Part shown: positions 25,201 through 39,547 of the stretch, piece by piece
Layout of the letters: every line of letters starts with the position of its first letter
How positions within the stretch are numbered: the first letter of the stretch is position 1
DNA from: Dimorphilus gyrociliatus
Taxonomy: Eukaryota; Animalia; Annelida
Reading direction: 5' to 3'
NCBI GenBank assembly: GCA_904063045.1
Contig: CAJFCJ010000006.1
Location: forward strand, 2,408,946 to 2,472,945
Length of the DNA: 64,000 bases
Position numbers and translations under genes: made by a program
Notes under the pieces: generated by a model
What the model was told of the DNA's origin: nothing
Databases searched by the model: none
Seen by the model: only the letters and a program-made list of their open reading frames with translations

Positions 25201-27686
25201 CATCTTTAATAATTGCTAACCTATTTTTGATTCTTATTGCAATATCATCGGCTGATATTTTTAGGAAGAATAGCTTACTCACCTTTCGCAGATTGAAAAG
25301 AACTACGGATATTGACATTCAACCTAGCCGTTTTCATAATGCACAGCATTTAATAGCTTATCAGAGGGCAGAGAATGAGGATTTTACTTCGTTCTTATAT
25401 CAATCGTATAGAGATTTTGGTATTATCAGTCGAGTTGAAAAGGTTAAGAGTAAAGCGAAATTAACGTCTATCATTCTTCAAAGTAATGATTCCAATTCTG
25501 ACAAGAAAAATAACTGGAAATACGAAACTGTCTTTTGGATTGATGAACAGGATAATATTGAAATATATTACGGTTCTAGATATACTTTGTCCAGGTTCTT
25601 TGCTTTGAATGTTCTGAGTAACGCTTTTATTAAAAAGAATGGACAGGAGATGCCAATTCGGATGCACTTTAAAACATTCGAAATAGATCTAAATGATAAT
25701 TTCAAGGAATCTAACAAGGAAGAACCAAAATTCTTGGAAATAATGTGCCATTTTAATGATTGGTATTATGCAGTAACATGTTCAATTTGTATTGGAATTT
25801 GCATTGTAATTTCTTTGATTCCATCATTCATATTGATAATTAAAGAGGAAATTTATGGATTTAAAGATACTCAAATCTTGTGCGGTCTCTCTATAAGGTG
25901 TTATTGGTTGTCTAATTTATTAGTAGATACTATTATAGCAAGTTCACCTCTACTATTAATTGTGCCTTATACAATATATAATGGTTCTCTAATATTATCT
26001 AATGCATCATCTGCACTAATAATACTGGTATTCTTTTATGAAATAGCATTTATTTCATTCATTCACCTAACTATAGCTGTCTTACCAAATTCCTTTATAT
26101 CATCAGCAATTGTAACAGTTTTAAATATTGTAGTATTGATATTCTTTCAAAATTTTTCACTATTATTCTGGAGTGAGATAATAAAATGGAGAATTGTACC
26201 TGTTCCATCTATACAGTATATTTATTCTCTGCTTCATCCTAGCAACTCTTTGACAAATGGACTAATAAAGCTCTTCAATAGGAAATATTGTAATACGTTA
26301 AATCTTCCGTATTTCCATTCTAATCTATTTGGTATTTATTCTGATGTAATTACTCTTATCATTCAAATTCTTGTTTATCAAATACTCATATTAAGAATTG
26401 ATTATGGATCTTTTAAGAGTTTTTTTAAATATACTAAATCAAATAGAAAAAATCGAAAGATTTCTAAAAGAACTATCTCAAGAGAAGGAGAGTTTCAAGT
26501 TCAAAGTGAAGCTGTTATTAAATCTGCTTCTGAACTTCAACAAAAGTTTGTTTTTATTTGATTTTTATTTAACTTTTAAATAGTTTTTGTTGTTTTTTTT
26601 TTAATAATTAATGGATACAGCCCAAAAGAAACTGTACACAATCATGAGAAGAAGGTAAAAAATAATCTAAGGGCGTCTATTAAAAAAAAAGCTATTGTTT
26701 TTAATGAAATTGGACAAAAACTCTCTACCACCGAAATTGGTCCTTTAACTCTTGCTGTTGACCTAAATGATTCGCTAGGAATTTTAGGAAAGTATAGACA
26801 TAGGAGAACAGAATTATTGAACATGATCGTAGGAAAAAGACGTTTTTCCAAAGGTTCCTTATATGTTAATGGAAAGAATGTTAATGAAGATTTAGCTAAT
26901 ATTTATAAGGAAATTGACTATATACCTGCTTGCTTTCCTCTTCTCAACGAGTTAACTTTAAGAGAAACTTTAACAACCATTGCTCAGCTATGCGGTTATA
27001 GAAATAGTAGTATATATGAATTGGTTGAAAACATCTTAAACAGTATATCATCAAGTGATTTTGGAGATTTTCTTATAAGAAATATTTCAAAAGGACGTAA
27101 AAAGTTGTTAAGGCACGGTATAAGCCTTTTAAAAGAACCTATATTACTACTAGTAGACGAACCATCGGTGGCTTTGGATAATTGTAAAAAGAAGATTGTT
27201 TGGAATTTGTTAAGTAACTTTATAAGGGATGGTAAAACATTGATAATAAATACACAGAATATGGAGGAATACGAAATACTCTGTAACAAATGCGCTATTA
27301 TTTCCAATGGACATTTAATTTGTTATGGAGATAAGGATTTTTTAATTGAACATTTTACTTCCGGTTATAAAATAAACTTGAAATTAGGTAAAAATCATAA
27401 AACGCCTTTTGATATTCGTCTAAAAAGTTTTGACAAACAATGGGCGTCTATTGAGAATAAAAAAGTTTGTTTAAAGGATAACGGAAATATTGAAATTCTT
27501 TTACAATCGCCAAGTATAAATTGGTTTGAAATTTTCCAAACTTTGAAATATTGTATGACAAACTACGGGATAGAACATCTATCTATTCAAAAACGTTCAA
27601 TAAAGGATGTACGTAATTTTATACTATATAAAGAAAAAGAGGATGCTGAAGAAAAGAGCGATCCAGTCTATGACGACAAAATGTGA
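22283..27686 (+). CDS. Full-length ABCA-family transporter with degenerate nucleotide-binding domains
   Basis: TMD-NBD-TMD-NBD layout, and an intact frame could be traced through the short 5' exons. NBD1 has GYSGCGKST, ILIIDEPT, IATHFLEEA. NBD2 has LLLVDEPS. ABCA-type motifs LVLKNFKLHFR and KTPSIEDFF are present. Confidence 0.88.
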
Positions 27687-27931
27687 AGAAGAACTATTGA
27701 AAGAAGATAATCATTGTATTATTAGTTTAAGTTTATTTCTTTTTATGTTAAAATAAAAAACTATAAAAATTTGAAAAGACTTCATTTTAATGGAATGAGA
27801 CAAATTAGACTAATAAGAAGTATATTTGCAAACAACATAGTTTTCGTCTAAGGGTAAAAAAAAAATGTTTGTCATTTTTTTTAAACCATAAATAGCATTG
27901 AAATAATCTAATTTAATAATTTTAGAACAGT

Positions 27932-30900
27932 TTATTTCTTTTGAGTATTTGTTTTCTTTTTAGAATTTGACTTATTTCCAGATTTTGCTGGACCGAATGG
28001 ATCTACCTGCAAAAATTGAATATTTTTTTTAAATATCTTATATGTTTGTTATTTTCATACGTACATCTACTTTTTCTGATTTTTTAGCCGTTACGACAAG
28101 ATCGGTTATTTGAGAACCGTACTTTTTCCAATCTCTTCCCCATCTTGCTCTCATTTCTATATATTCGTCGTATTCTTTAGGCTTCATGAACTGTTTTGTA
28201 TTACTGGCGCAAACCAATTGGTCTTTTTCAAGTTCATTTTCGTCTTCAATTAATTTTCCTTCAACTGTAAATATATACTTTGAGGCTTTGTTTAAGTTTA
28301 ATCTGGTTGTTGCATGATCCAATAATTGGCTCAGACTATCACCCCATATATAAACTGCTCTATGAATACTCTCTCCGTTAGGATAGACTAATATTCTCTT
28401 GAGACTTGGCTCTACATATAGACGCGTGGATCTTCTTCTTCGTTGCTTCTTCCTACTCTGTTGCATATCTTTCATCTCCGACAAATGAGTAGTTAACTGA
28501 TGAACTTTATCGTGGGCCTCTTTTTCTTCGTGAGAAGGGTGCATCCAATTACCATCGATTAGTACTGGTCTATCTGGATCGTTGGTGGATCTAAACACAC
28601 CGGAACTTAAACTTTCAATTCTCCTTCCTTGAATTTGACGAAGTATATGTTTTTGTTTCTCTAATTCGTATGAGACATTAGAACGCTCGTCTCGTTCCTT
28701 AATCTGTACCGAATGCTTAGTTTCAACCTCTGTAGAAATCAAAAAAAGTCAGTATTAATAATATAAAACAATTCTTAGGTGAAAACTTTACTTTCTGGTT
28801 CAATGAATTGTTCACCACAAGAAAACCATGCTTCAATAGGATAAGGCAATATCATATCAATGGGAGGTTTCTCTATTTCAATATTAGCTGGTTTAGCAAC
28901 TTCTTTCTTCGGGGCTGGAGGAGGCTCATCTGAATATAATTATTATTATTAATATTACGCTGAGGTAATTTGTTTGTAACATACCTAAAAACACTTTTAT
29001 ACTCATTGAGTAGTTTCTCTCTTTTGATTGAGGTAGACGAGTGAAAAGGATACTTCCATCCAGGTGATCCGCAGAAATTTGACAACAAAGTGGTGACTCG
29101 TTTCGCGATTCAACAATGTCGTAAGCTAAAACACTCTGATCGGGACAATAGAAACCAAACACATAGCCAGGTTCTAAGTGAATTCCACCTGAACTTTGCC
29201 ATTCCTCTATTGTGGTGGCATCCAATTCATATTCACCCTCTGTCTTAATATCTTGTTGAACCTGAACTACTAAACTGTAAGCTGGCTTATCTTTGACATC
29301 ATTCTTAGGATCAGGTCGCCAAATTTGAAGATAAAGTAAACCAGGCGCCTGGGCGTGATAATGCCATGCTCCAAGCGTACAAGGAGCAGTTACAGCTTGA
29401 GACTCGGGGTTTGGAATTATGACTATAGACGACCATTTATCTTTTAGAGGTCTCTCATCAAGAACTTGATGTCCATATATCTTTTCCACATTCTGTGATC
29501 CACTACTCTTTTGTTCTTCCTTTTCCTCTTCGACGGCTCTTTCAGATTGCAATTGTTGTTTTGCCTCTTCAACATATTGGTCGCGAACTCCCTCTATTAA
29601 ACTATCAATGTCTAAGTACAGATTACCATTTGCAGTATAAAGTCTATTGGCTCTCCAGCCTAAGTTTAGGCGATGAGTAGCTTGATCCAGTATCTAAATA
29701 GATTGAATAAATATCAAAATAGTTCGTTAAACGTCAACAAATTTAACTTGAAACTTACTCCTCTAATACTTGATCCTATAATTGTTACTGGAGGTCTAAG
29801 TCTTCCGTCTCCATTTTTGTAGGCCAAAATTTTTACTGTGTATGGAGATCTTGCAGCATTAAGACTTTGAGCTAAACTTCGAACGGAAAGCTCCTGTTTC
29901 ATTTTCTCAAAGTTCTTCGTCCATTCAAGAAGTGTATGTTCAGCCTCATGAGTAGATAAGTCAACTTTTCCCATTAAGCATTTAAGACTTCCTACTTGCT
30001 TTATTCCTAATTGTTTGGCTGAAGCCATATCGCATGTAAAGTCAACGTTCCCAATAATTTTCTCCATTTTATATCTTCCTCTTAAGGATCTTGCGCAAGA
30101 AGTACAAACCTTAAGAGGCGCCTCTCCTTTCTTGGCTAGATTAACTTCGTAACCCTATAAATAAAATAATAAACGTTTATTTAAACATCATTTTACATCA
30201 ACTAAAGACAAACTTGTTGATCTATTTCGGTTTGTCCCATCACAGTTGCTGTACAGACATTAGCGCAGTTAGCTGCAGTAATTTCTGAAAGATAATTCAA
30301 TATTATTAAAATATTAATGAAAAAGGCAACCGTCTTTAATTTAAAATTACCTAAGTCCTCTTTTGTAGTGGCAAAGGCGAGCAGTAAATTATTATCCGAG
30401 TCGAATTGCCATTTTTGATTTGCTCGGCCAAATTGAACAGTTTTCTTTGGAGCAACAACTATAGGATTTCCAATGTAAGAACACTGTACATCATCTTCTC
30501 CGTTCACTGTTGCTGATGGCATTGATACCGTCAAAACTACAGATGAATTAAATTTTGCGGCAATGACGCTGTTTTAATAGGAATATGCATATTAGAATTT
30601 CTCTTTAAATTACATAATTTATCGTGCCATATTTACCCGTTATCCCTAACTGACCATCTTTGGAAGATATCGTCAATTTTTCTCTTTACTAGAATTACTG
30701 ATCTTGTTCGTCCTTCTGATTCTTCAATGCCCAATACCAGATCGCTATTGGCTCTTGCTACGATATACTCATCGTCTAAATAGAATTTTTGTAGTACTAT
30801 TGAATTGCCAGTTGGATCTTTCCTTCTCTTTCTTCTACAATATATATGATTTGTATATATTTTTAAATCGTTTCGAATAGTTCTACAAACCGAAATTTTT

Positions 30901-33900
30901 TAACCAGCGACTGATTAGTAAAGGCCTTTTCTTGTTGATTTGCCGCCTTAACTTCATCTATTCCACCATTAGAAGTTCTTTCCCAAGGCCACTTTCTTTT
31001 ATTTAACCAATCTTCAGATTGAATATGAGATCTATCATGGGAGCTTAATGATCCTTGATTAAAGCTTGCATTGTCCCCCTCACCAATTTCATCTTTCAAA
31101 AGTTCACCGTCGTCATCGCTCTCGGGACCAGTGTGAATTTTACTATTAACTATAACTTTTGCTCCGGGTCTAAGATTTTCAGCTTCCAATACTAACCCTG
31201 TATCAATTAGTTTAAAATTATAAAATACAGTTTTCCCTTAGAGAATAAAGTAGGCTTAATTAAGTGTAAACCTAGATCCTAATTAGTATTATTTCATTAT
31301 TTAATACAAAAACCACAAGTAATCGTTAGCATTCTGAGAGAGGATTGGTTGTATTAATGGAAATATAAATAAAATATCAATTCGTTTACATAGTTATACT
31401 ATTTAACTAGTCTTAGGTAAATATATAATTAGTGAATTTTTAATCCTAAATTAACAAACCTAACCTAGATTTTAATAATACTTGACTATAATATTATAAT
31501 AATTACAAATATTGTTATATTTAATTAATATAAAGACTAATTAATGATAAATAATCATAATTTAATTGTATTTTGAATATGTATTTAGTATAAATATACT
31601 GTGTATAGCAAAATTTCTCATTTTTAGAGTTTCTTCTCTTTTCCTTTTGAATTATTTTATTATCTTATCTTTTTTCCTGTTTTCGTGCAAAAAAATAATT
31701 TTAATCAATTTTTTATTCTAATGAATAGCTTTTCATATTTTTTGCAGAAGCTTTGGCATTGAAAAACAAATTGAAGCTTGAAATATATTTTGTTTGTTTT
31801 TTTTTTTTAAAAAAACAACCTCATTGTTATCTTTAATAGTTTTTCCTTTTTTATCATTTTTTGAGAAGCCAGTAAAAAATAACACAAAAACGCACACATT
31901 TACATATAGAGAGTAAAATGTGAGCCCTTATTAGAGTTTGTAGTTTTGTTTCGCTTGATTAGTAATTCAGTAAAAACACATAATTGTCTAATTAAAGCTA
32001 AGAGAAGTGATACATTGATAATATTTGAAAATATTTTGTGTAAAAGTAGAGCACTAGCTATGTTTCACCTACCTTCACCGTCCCTTAAACGAACAAACTG
32101 CCTTATATGAGTGATATCCGATCCCAAATTCGATAATAGGTAGCGGCGCTGCTGTTCAGATTTAGTCATAAAAGGATTGCTCCAAGGTTCACCACAACTT
32201 ATGTAGACCAATTGATCTCTATTTAATTTCTCCAAGTTTGTATGTTCTCTTCCCTTTTCGTCAAAAAGTCGACGGCCAGCAAAAGGTAGATTTAAAAGCG
32301 AAGTTGCACTTTCCAAGAACTAAAAAGAGAGATTTGAGGAATAAGTTACTTTCATTTCATCAGTTAAATGGTTATTTGTGCATTTAATGAACTATAAGAC
32401 TTGTCTTTTGTCTCTCTACATTCAAAAGCTCTAAGTATTAATAGAGTTTGCCTTTCAATTTCTTCCCTCGAAAAGATTGATTACGCAATCATTTAAGCAA
32501 TTAAAGGAAAAGAGATATTTTCTTTCTTTTTCTCTATATATTTACAGTATATACAGGAAACAAGTAAATCTTTAATAGATAGATATTTTTAAAGTGATAT
32601 TTGTTTGTTATTTTGTTTGTTTTTACTTTGTATAACGTAAAATTTTGTTGGCGCCCTAATTTCGAAAAAAGTAGTGAAAATATTAAATATCAAAATAAAC
32701 ATAAAAAGGTAAAAGTAATACAAACAAGAATAAATTCCAATTTTAATATTGAAAGATTGTCATCGTTCTGATTCATGTCTTCATCTTCAGGATTAAATTT
32801 TTTTGAATTTCTAGATTTTCCTTTATTCAAATCTTTCTTCATCTAATTTATTTGTTTAATAGTAAAATATAATAGGTTATTGAAGAGAGAATATGCTCTT
32901 ACATTTGTTAAATCCGGTCCAACAACACTAACTGCTTGACGTATATCTCTTACTCCATTCTTTAATGTTAATAATCTCAATGGTGGATTTGATGCAGGAG
33001 TAGATGATATCTTTTTTTGCATAGGAGGAGCATAAGGTAATAAGTAACCTTCCATCGGCCATTGATAATCCTAAAAGAATAAATATATAATGTTAATTTA
33101 ATCAAATAAATAAACAAAACGTATTAAACCTCATTTAAGCTTCCTTGTTCGTCTACTGGCCAGGAGAGAGCTCTTTTACTCCATTCAGTGTTTTGTACTT
33201 TTGTATGTTTCCACTGTCCTAAGTTTTCTAATTTTTCTTGCTTGAACGCAAATCTATAAGAATAAATATGTTAGAGATTTACAATTTTCGTATAAAGCCA
33301 ATAAAAGTTACTTTTGAGCTTTACTCCATTTATTATCTTCAATCAGTTCGCAAACAGCCAAGTAAATTTTTACGCCCGAAGGAAGGCCCACTTCTTCATT
33401 GTTTAGTTTTCCTTCTTCGTCATTCACTTTCGAACCAACATAAGTTAAAAATAGGGCTGGCTGACTTTCAGCGTAAATATGACCTTCCTTTGTAAACGTC
33501 CAAGTTTGACTTCTATTTCCATTTTGTTTCTCTTGTAAAGTTACAACGTATCCTTGTAGACCGATGTTAGTTTCACCTTCGGTTGGATGTCGTAGCTTAG
33601 CCGTTACTTTATGATCACTTGCTCCGAGAACCAATTGGGGTAAATGTTTACAGTGGATATATCTATCTTTAGAAAGGACCCATATTTGAGCTTCTTGGGG
33701 AAAGATACTTTCTTTACTACTTTTAACATCAACACCAACTTCCGGATAAACAATTAAGTTTGAATCGGTCTAAATGAATCTTGGTTTTATTATCTATACT
33801 TAATTCAAAAGAGTACAGTTCATCTTACCTTATCCACTAAATACGTTATATCAGGTGGTAATTTTGCAGTTTCCGCTTGAGACATAATTACATCAATGGT

Positions 33901-36900
33901 ATAAGAATCTGCATGAGAAATATCATCTATATCGAAATTTTCACCAAAGCCGGAGTGAGTAATCCAATGGTTTCTATGAAAATTTAATTGTTTAATGTTT
34001 ATAGGCGAAAAATTAAACTTTGTTTCTAATTACTTAGTCTTCCCATCAACTTCATTCTTCATTAGTTGTTCTCTAATACCGAAAAGTTTTCCATCGGTAC
34101 CTTTATAGCATCGTACTTTGTCAACCACAGCCGAGACAGCGTAGGCTAAAATGTAAAAATGAAATAAAGAGATTTTTAATTTAGTGAATACTTTGATTTG
34201 ATAACAACTTACTATGAAAACTCTTGAAATGATCGTCGAAACCTAACCAAACTTCTTGGTCATCTTGTAAATCGTACACGTTACATAATTCTTTTCCCGA
34301 TATATCGAAAAGTTTCTTTGCTAATTTACGACTTCCACTTGTTCTAAAGGCTTCGGCGCAAGTGTCCAAAAGCTAAAATGGTATTTAATCTAATTATAAA
34401 TCTAAACTTGAATACTTCATTACATGCGATAAATTACCTTTTCGAATAATTTCTTTTCCTTATCTTTATCATTCCTTAGTCCTCTTTCCATTAGTTGTAT
34501 ATTAAAGAAGACAATTGTTGGCTCGTTATAGGTTCCATTTTTAAACACTCTTAGCTTAACGTTAGCAGATCTTATTAAACGGTTATCTTTATTTATCTTA
34601 GGGATATGCTGATGACTATAGTCAGCAGCTAGTTCTTTCTCGTGGAATAAAGGTTCTTTTAGCTTTTCCATTTGCTCTTTTAGATGATTAAGAGCGTTTG
34701 TAAAGTCATCTAAATCTCTTGCAACCTGTTATAAATATAAAGAAATAAATCGAATCATCATACAATATTCACTTTTAAACGTTTTTTCTACTTACAATAA
34801 CTGATGTTGACGAAATTTGTTTTAATTCCATTGAAAGAATAGTTGTAATATTGATACCAGAACGGAGTTGTTCCCGTCTAACATCGTCTGTTTCTATTGC
34901 AGCCTCTTGAGCCATTTGAAGCTGTTTAATAGTTGAAACGATTATGTTTTTGTTTAAAGATTGTAAAGAAATGGGAAATTAACCTGGTTTTTATAGATTT
35001 TAGCCTCTTTTAATTTAGCTTTGGTATAAGCTATTAGACCTTCAAGGAATTCGACGACACCTTTGGGTGAAAAAGGTTCTCCTGTTCCAACCCATACTGG
35101 TCCTAGAACAGGAGTTGTGCTAGTTTGCAAGCAAGTATCCAAAATAGGAACTAAAATATAAGGAGATATACAATAAATTTCATAATAAGTACAACCAAAA
35201 TTTTTACCGTTCCAAAATCCAAGTAGCTCAGTTCCTTCCCAATCAAATAACGTCTTAGCAAAACCTCTCAAATCCAGTTTTGCAGTGCAGGCTACTAAAA
35301 ACTATAAGAAAAGAAAAGAATTATGAATATATTAAGTATAGAAAATTTATTTAAGCAATTACCTCTTCGAACCTATCTGCATCAGCAACAATTTCAACAC
35401 CTTCAGTTCCTTTTCCATTCTTGAATACTAAAATTCGTCTTTTGTTAGATTCCAACATTTTCCTAGAAAATTAGTTTAATTAATTAATTAATTAACATAT
35501 TTATTATTTCAATTATTTTTAAATATGAATTACTTCATTCTCTTTGATATTCTTGGTTTTGTAAATTGTTTTTTAGTCTCCCCAGTCTGAACTACTCCTC
35601 CAACTGTCCAATTAACCTTTTTCGATAGTTTTATAGATCCTAAGATTATAAGAAAATATTATTAAATTGAAGTATATATAGTATATTTATAGGTCTTATA
35701 TATAGAAAAATATTCACTCTTTGCTCCAGTAAACGGATCTTTAAAGTTTTCACCGCATGATATATATACTTCAGCATCTCTTTCAATTGAATCGTGTTTC
35801 GTAATTTCCATTCCATCGTCGTAGAATGCTCTTCTTGCAGCTGATGTCAATCCCAATTTATCAGTGCATAGATCAAGTAACTGTAATAAAAAATCAATTC
35901 TTAATCTGCCTAACGTTCATTAAAGGCAGTTTAATCTACCGTTCTAAAATCTGGTGCAGTAACCCTACAAAAAATGCTTCTATCTCCATTTTTGAAAGCA
36001 GTACATACAATGGGACGCGAAAGCTTTCGATAGAGAGATTTTACTTTTGAAGCTGCAAACAAAGAGTAAAAAATAACGATTTACGATAATCTGACTGAAT
36101 AATAATTGTATTGAATTCGTATTTACCGGTCGATTTAGCACTGGCTGGTCTTGATCCATAAGTTGAGGAGAGGGGTCTATATTAAATAGGATAAAATATT
36201 AATGATATAAATGATTCTTTCTTCAACAGTCGTCTTTTTAAATATAAAATAAATTAAAATAAATATGCTTTAGTTTACTTTTAATGCATGAGCATTTTAC
36301 TTATTTGGTGACTAATTGTTTGTAAATAATTGATGATTAAAGCATGAACAGAGGAAAAAGGGGATGGGTAAATTTTGAAACATTAACATGAAATTAACAA
36401 CATATATACTGTATATATTTAAATATATATCGTGCAGCTAACAGGCCTCAACCAAATTATAAGGTTTTAGCACCAATCCCTTGTTCCCACCTTTGCCTAT
36501 TCATAAAATATATAAAAAAAAGAATTATATAAATAAATACTGATTGCTTAAAAGCTTGAACAAACATGCTTTACAGATTTTCATCAAATATACCCTTTTT
36601 CCTAAGCGATATAAACGACAAAGAAACAACTTTTCAACAAAAGGAATACACTAATGACGAACCGTCTCAAAGTCCTGCATTTTCAATTTTTAAGAGAAAA
36701 ATATTGTTGGAATAAGAATATTTAAATATAGATAAATGACTTATTCATACCTTCTGAAGGCGGGGGCGCTTACAGGCCTACCCCTCCTATATGAACTTTC
36801 GCTTGTGGCACTAGAATAGGCTGAAACTGGACGATGTCTAGGGAAAGCGTGAGTCTCCACAAACTTCTGCTTGAAAGGAGACGGTCCTGCGACAGTGCTA

Positions 36901-37877
36901 GATAAAAACAATATAAACATTAATTTCATAGATAATAAACTATTGTCAATATTAATATGGTAGTTTAAAAATATAGTACAATTATACATCAAACAGAAAG
37001 AGAGAGAGAGAGAGAGAGAGACCTTAATTCAATAATGCATAAAAAAAACAAAGAAACATAGACTAATTGAGATAAAATGATATAAATAATTAACAATTAA
37101 GCAAAATACTATTGATTTTTATCAGATGTGTAAAGAAGAGGGAAGTTTAATTTATATATAATCAAATCAAAAAGAGTCTTTTTTTTTAATAAACATAAGA
37201 TAAGAATAAATGAATGTTTTAAACAAATATTTATATTTTAAGTTTTCCTTAACACCCAATTCTAGTTGGCTATTGATTATTGCTTTTAACAATAAGGCAC
37301 AACTTTATATTGACCTTTTTTTTTAAAAATATGGCAAAATTCATAAAGAATTATATATATGTATAGGCTTAATATACTATAATATAGTTAAAAACATTAA
37401 AATTCCTAGAAATGATGAATGTTTTTAAATTATTGATATATTAAACGGAAAGAATTAAAATATAAAATAATATTTTTGTAATAGTTTAAGTTAGTTTAAT
37501 AGATTTTATCCTTTTTAATTACATTTTTCTTTATATAGAGAAATAATATCTTGTTTTATTATTGTTTTTATTATTATTAATAATAATGAAAAGAAAATCT
37601 AACCATATTTTACCAATTGTCTTCGGTTTATTCATTTTCAAAAATACGTTTGAAATGATTTGATTAGGCCACGACTATTTTAATTAAGGTGAAAAAAATG
37701 TAATAAGAGAACTTACCTATATTTTGTAGGTGTGCTCTGCAATGCTTCTAAATAGCGAGAGACTAGAACATCCTCATAAGTAACATCTCCGGAACCGGCG
37801 TTAACGTGAACTGTTCTAGAGGTACTGCCGAACTCATCTCTTGATCTTGTTGTGGATTTACCACTGGTCGGTCTCAT
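27932..37877 (-). CDS. DCDC1: Doublecortin domain-containing protein 1/5-like (multiple DCX domains plus ricin-type beta-trefoil segments); more than 20 exons
   Basis: Repeated DCX-like units (xKNG...; LLDxxTxxLxLxxAARRxFxxxG; VYISCGE) in minus ORFs at 28038, 29714, 32065, 34181, 34420 and 35662. QxW motifs (SQTWTF, NQKWQF). First exon MRPTSGKS..EDVLVSRYLE (ATG 37877), last exon VDPFGPAK..KK-TAA. Confidence 0.8.
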
Positions 37878-38070
37878 TCTTTTTCTTTCTTTGGCTTAAT
37901 TTAATTTGATTTAAACGCTTTTAAGAATATAACATCCAATCGAGAATTTATTTCTGTATTCAAAAAGTATTTGGTAATATGAATTCTTTTTTTGGTGATG
38001 GAAATAAATTTCTTGTATCTCTAAAATTGTCATAGAAAACATGCGACTGCCATGTTTATTTTGACCGTAT

Positions 38071-38085
38071 CCAGGAAGTCACGTG
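38071..38085. promoter_or_regulatory. ETS-like (CCAGGAAGT) plus E-box (GTCACGTG) composite upstream of DCDC1
   Basis: Overlapping motifs in a GC-richer island about 200 bp upstream of the DCDC1 ATG. Confidence 0.4.
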
Positions 38086-38867
38086 TTCACCGATATAGGA
38101 GTAACACTTGCTACTCTATAGTAATCGAAAATGGCCGTGAACATTACAATTAATATCTTCCTTCGCCATTTTGATTTGTTTTAAGAAAAATTGCGGGAAA
38201 GTTCAATTTAATTATTTCAAAATATATTTAATACAAAAAATATAAAATCAATAAGAGCTTAACCTAATAAAGTAATTTAATTAATTTAAATAATATTCAA
38301 GAATTTATATTTTTATGACACATAGAAACATTTAAAAAAAAGAATCTATATTTATTTTAAAATAGCTAAAAAAAAAATGGAGACAATTCAAAAATTACAA
38401 ACATACTTATTTTCCACGTACGGTCTTAAGAAATTGTTCATGTTAACATTCTTAGGGCTGATACTTTTTATAACCATTGATCTTTTTTATCCTGCTAATA
38501 TTGAAACTACAAAGAGATTGAGAAGAAAGTATAAAAACCAGGGTTCTATTTTGTGTTACTTGGGTTGTATTATGAATCAAGTTTGGTGTAATTACAACTG
38601 TATAAGAAAATAGCAAGAAGATAGAGATTATAGTGAATCGTGAAGAGACGGAAATAAATAATAACAACTTAAAACCTAATTAAATACCTTATTTATGAAG
38701 AGAGAAAATACTGCAATAAACTATTGATCTAGCTTAATAATAATTGAATACAAAAAAAATTAATTCTCCAGTAGTAAATGAATATTCATTTATGCAAATA
38801 ATTTGCTATTTATGCATTCATAAATAAATAAATTTGTATCGTGTATATGTATATATATGAGGAAATA

Positions 38868-38901
<34 letters not shown>

Positions 38902-39043
38902 ACATAAATACAAGACTGATATAATATTATTATTCTGAGTCAATCCTCTATTGATTTCTCATGGATACCGTTACTATTGGCGGCTAGTTCTTTTGTCAAC
39001 GCAACCACTCAAAGTGGAAACTTCAACGCTGATAATAACAAAA

Positions 39044-39547
39044 ATGAGCTGGTACCAACTCCTCGACGGCGTCAAAGAGAGAACAGATTTCGATTTCAAA
39101 GGATCAATAATAAATATTGAAAGCAATGACAATCTTACTCCAAGTGGAGATGTGGCAATAGAAATACCATCGGATGACCTTACTGCTGTTATTGAGGCCG
39201 TGAAAGGAGAAAACCAAGTATAATAGCCACTAATTTATAAAAAATAGTGTTAAATTAATGCACATGTATATATTCACATTTTTTAACTATAGGAGAATTT
39301 ACTTAAAGTTGATGGAGCAAATTTTAAATATCAACGATCTCTAATCAATGATTCGGAAACTGTAAGAAATTCAATCTGGACAATTCCAGAGGGGGAGAAT
39401 ACCCCTGGAGCTATTGTAACAGTAATTTTGAAAAGCAAGATAATCTTGCTCATTCGAACGTATGGAGAGAATAAAGATAACGTAGAAACTGCGAAAGCTC
39501 ACAACTTATTAGATAGAATTATTCGTAATTTAATAGATTTAATATAG
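39044..39547 (+). CDS. Divergent profilin-like protein (142 aa); exons 39044-39217, 39293-39547
   Basis: Starts MSWYQLLD (profilin MSW start). LKVDGANFKYQR resembles the profilin LxVGGxKYxxLR segment. IVTVILKSKIILLIRTY strands and a C-terminal helix follow. Length matches profilins, and the phase-0 GT-AG intron is clean. Confidence 0.68.

Noticed and set aside
22283-27686. ABCA gene as a pseudogene
   Set aside because: All exons could be joined in frame with canonical splice sites and no premature stops, so it is kept as a degenerate but intact CDS.
29044-29053. GTATCCTTTT on the minus strand resembling a U12-type 5' splice site
   Set aside because: It lies inside an open DCDC1 exon (DGSILFTR) that continues to a normal GT donor. 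No matching U12 branch site was seen.
38101-38120. RFX X-box-like sequence upstream of the ciliary-type gene DCDC1
   Set aside because: Only one half-site fits the consensus, which is too weak in AT-rich DNA.
38377-38613. 78-aa plus-strand ORF with a hydrophobic stretch, and its opposite-strand partner
   Set aside because: Very AT-rich with no recognisable motif. It cannot be joined convincingly to the profilin gene, which has its own MSW start.
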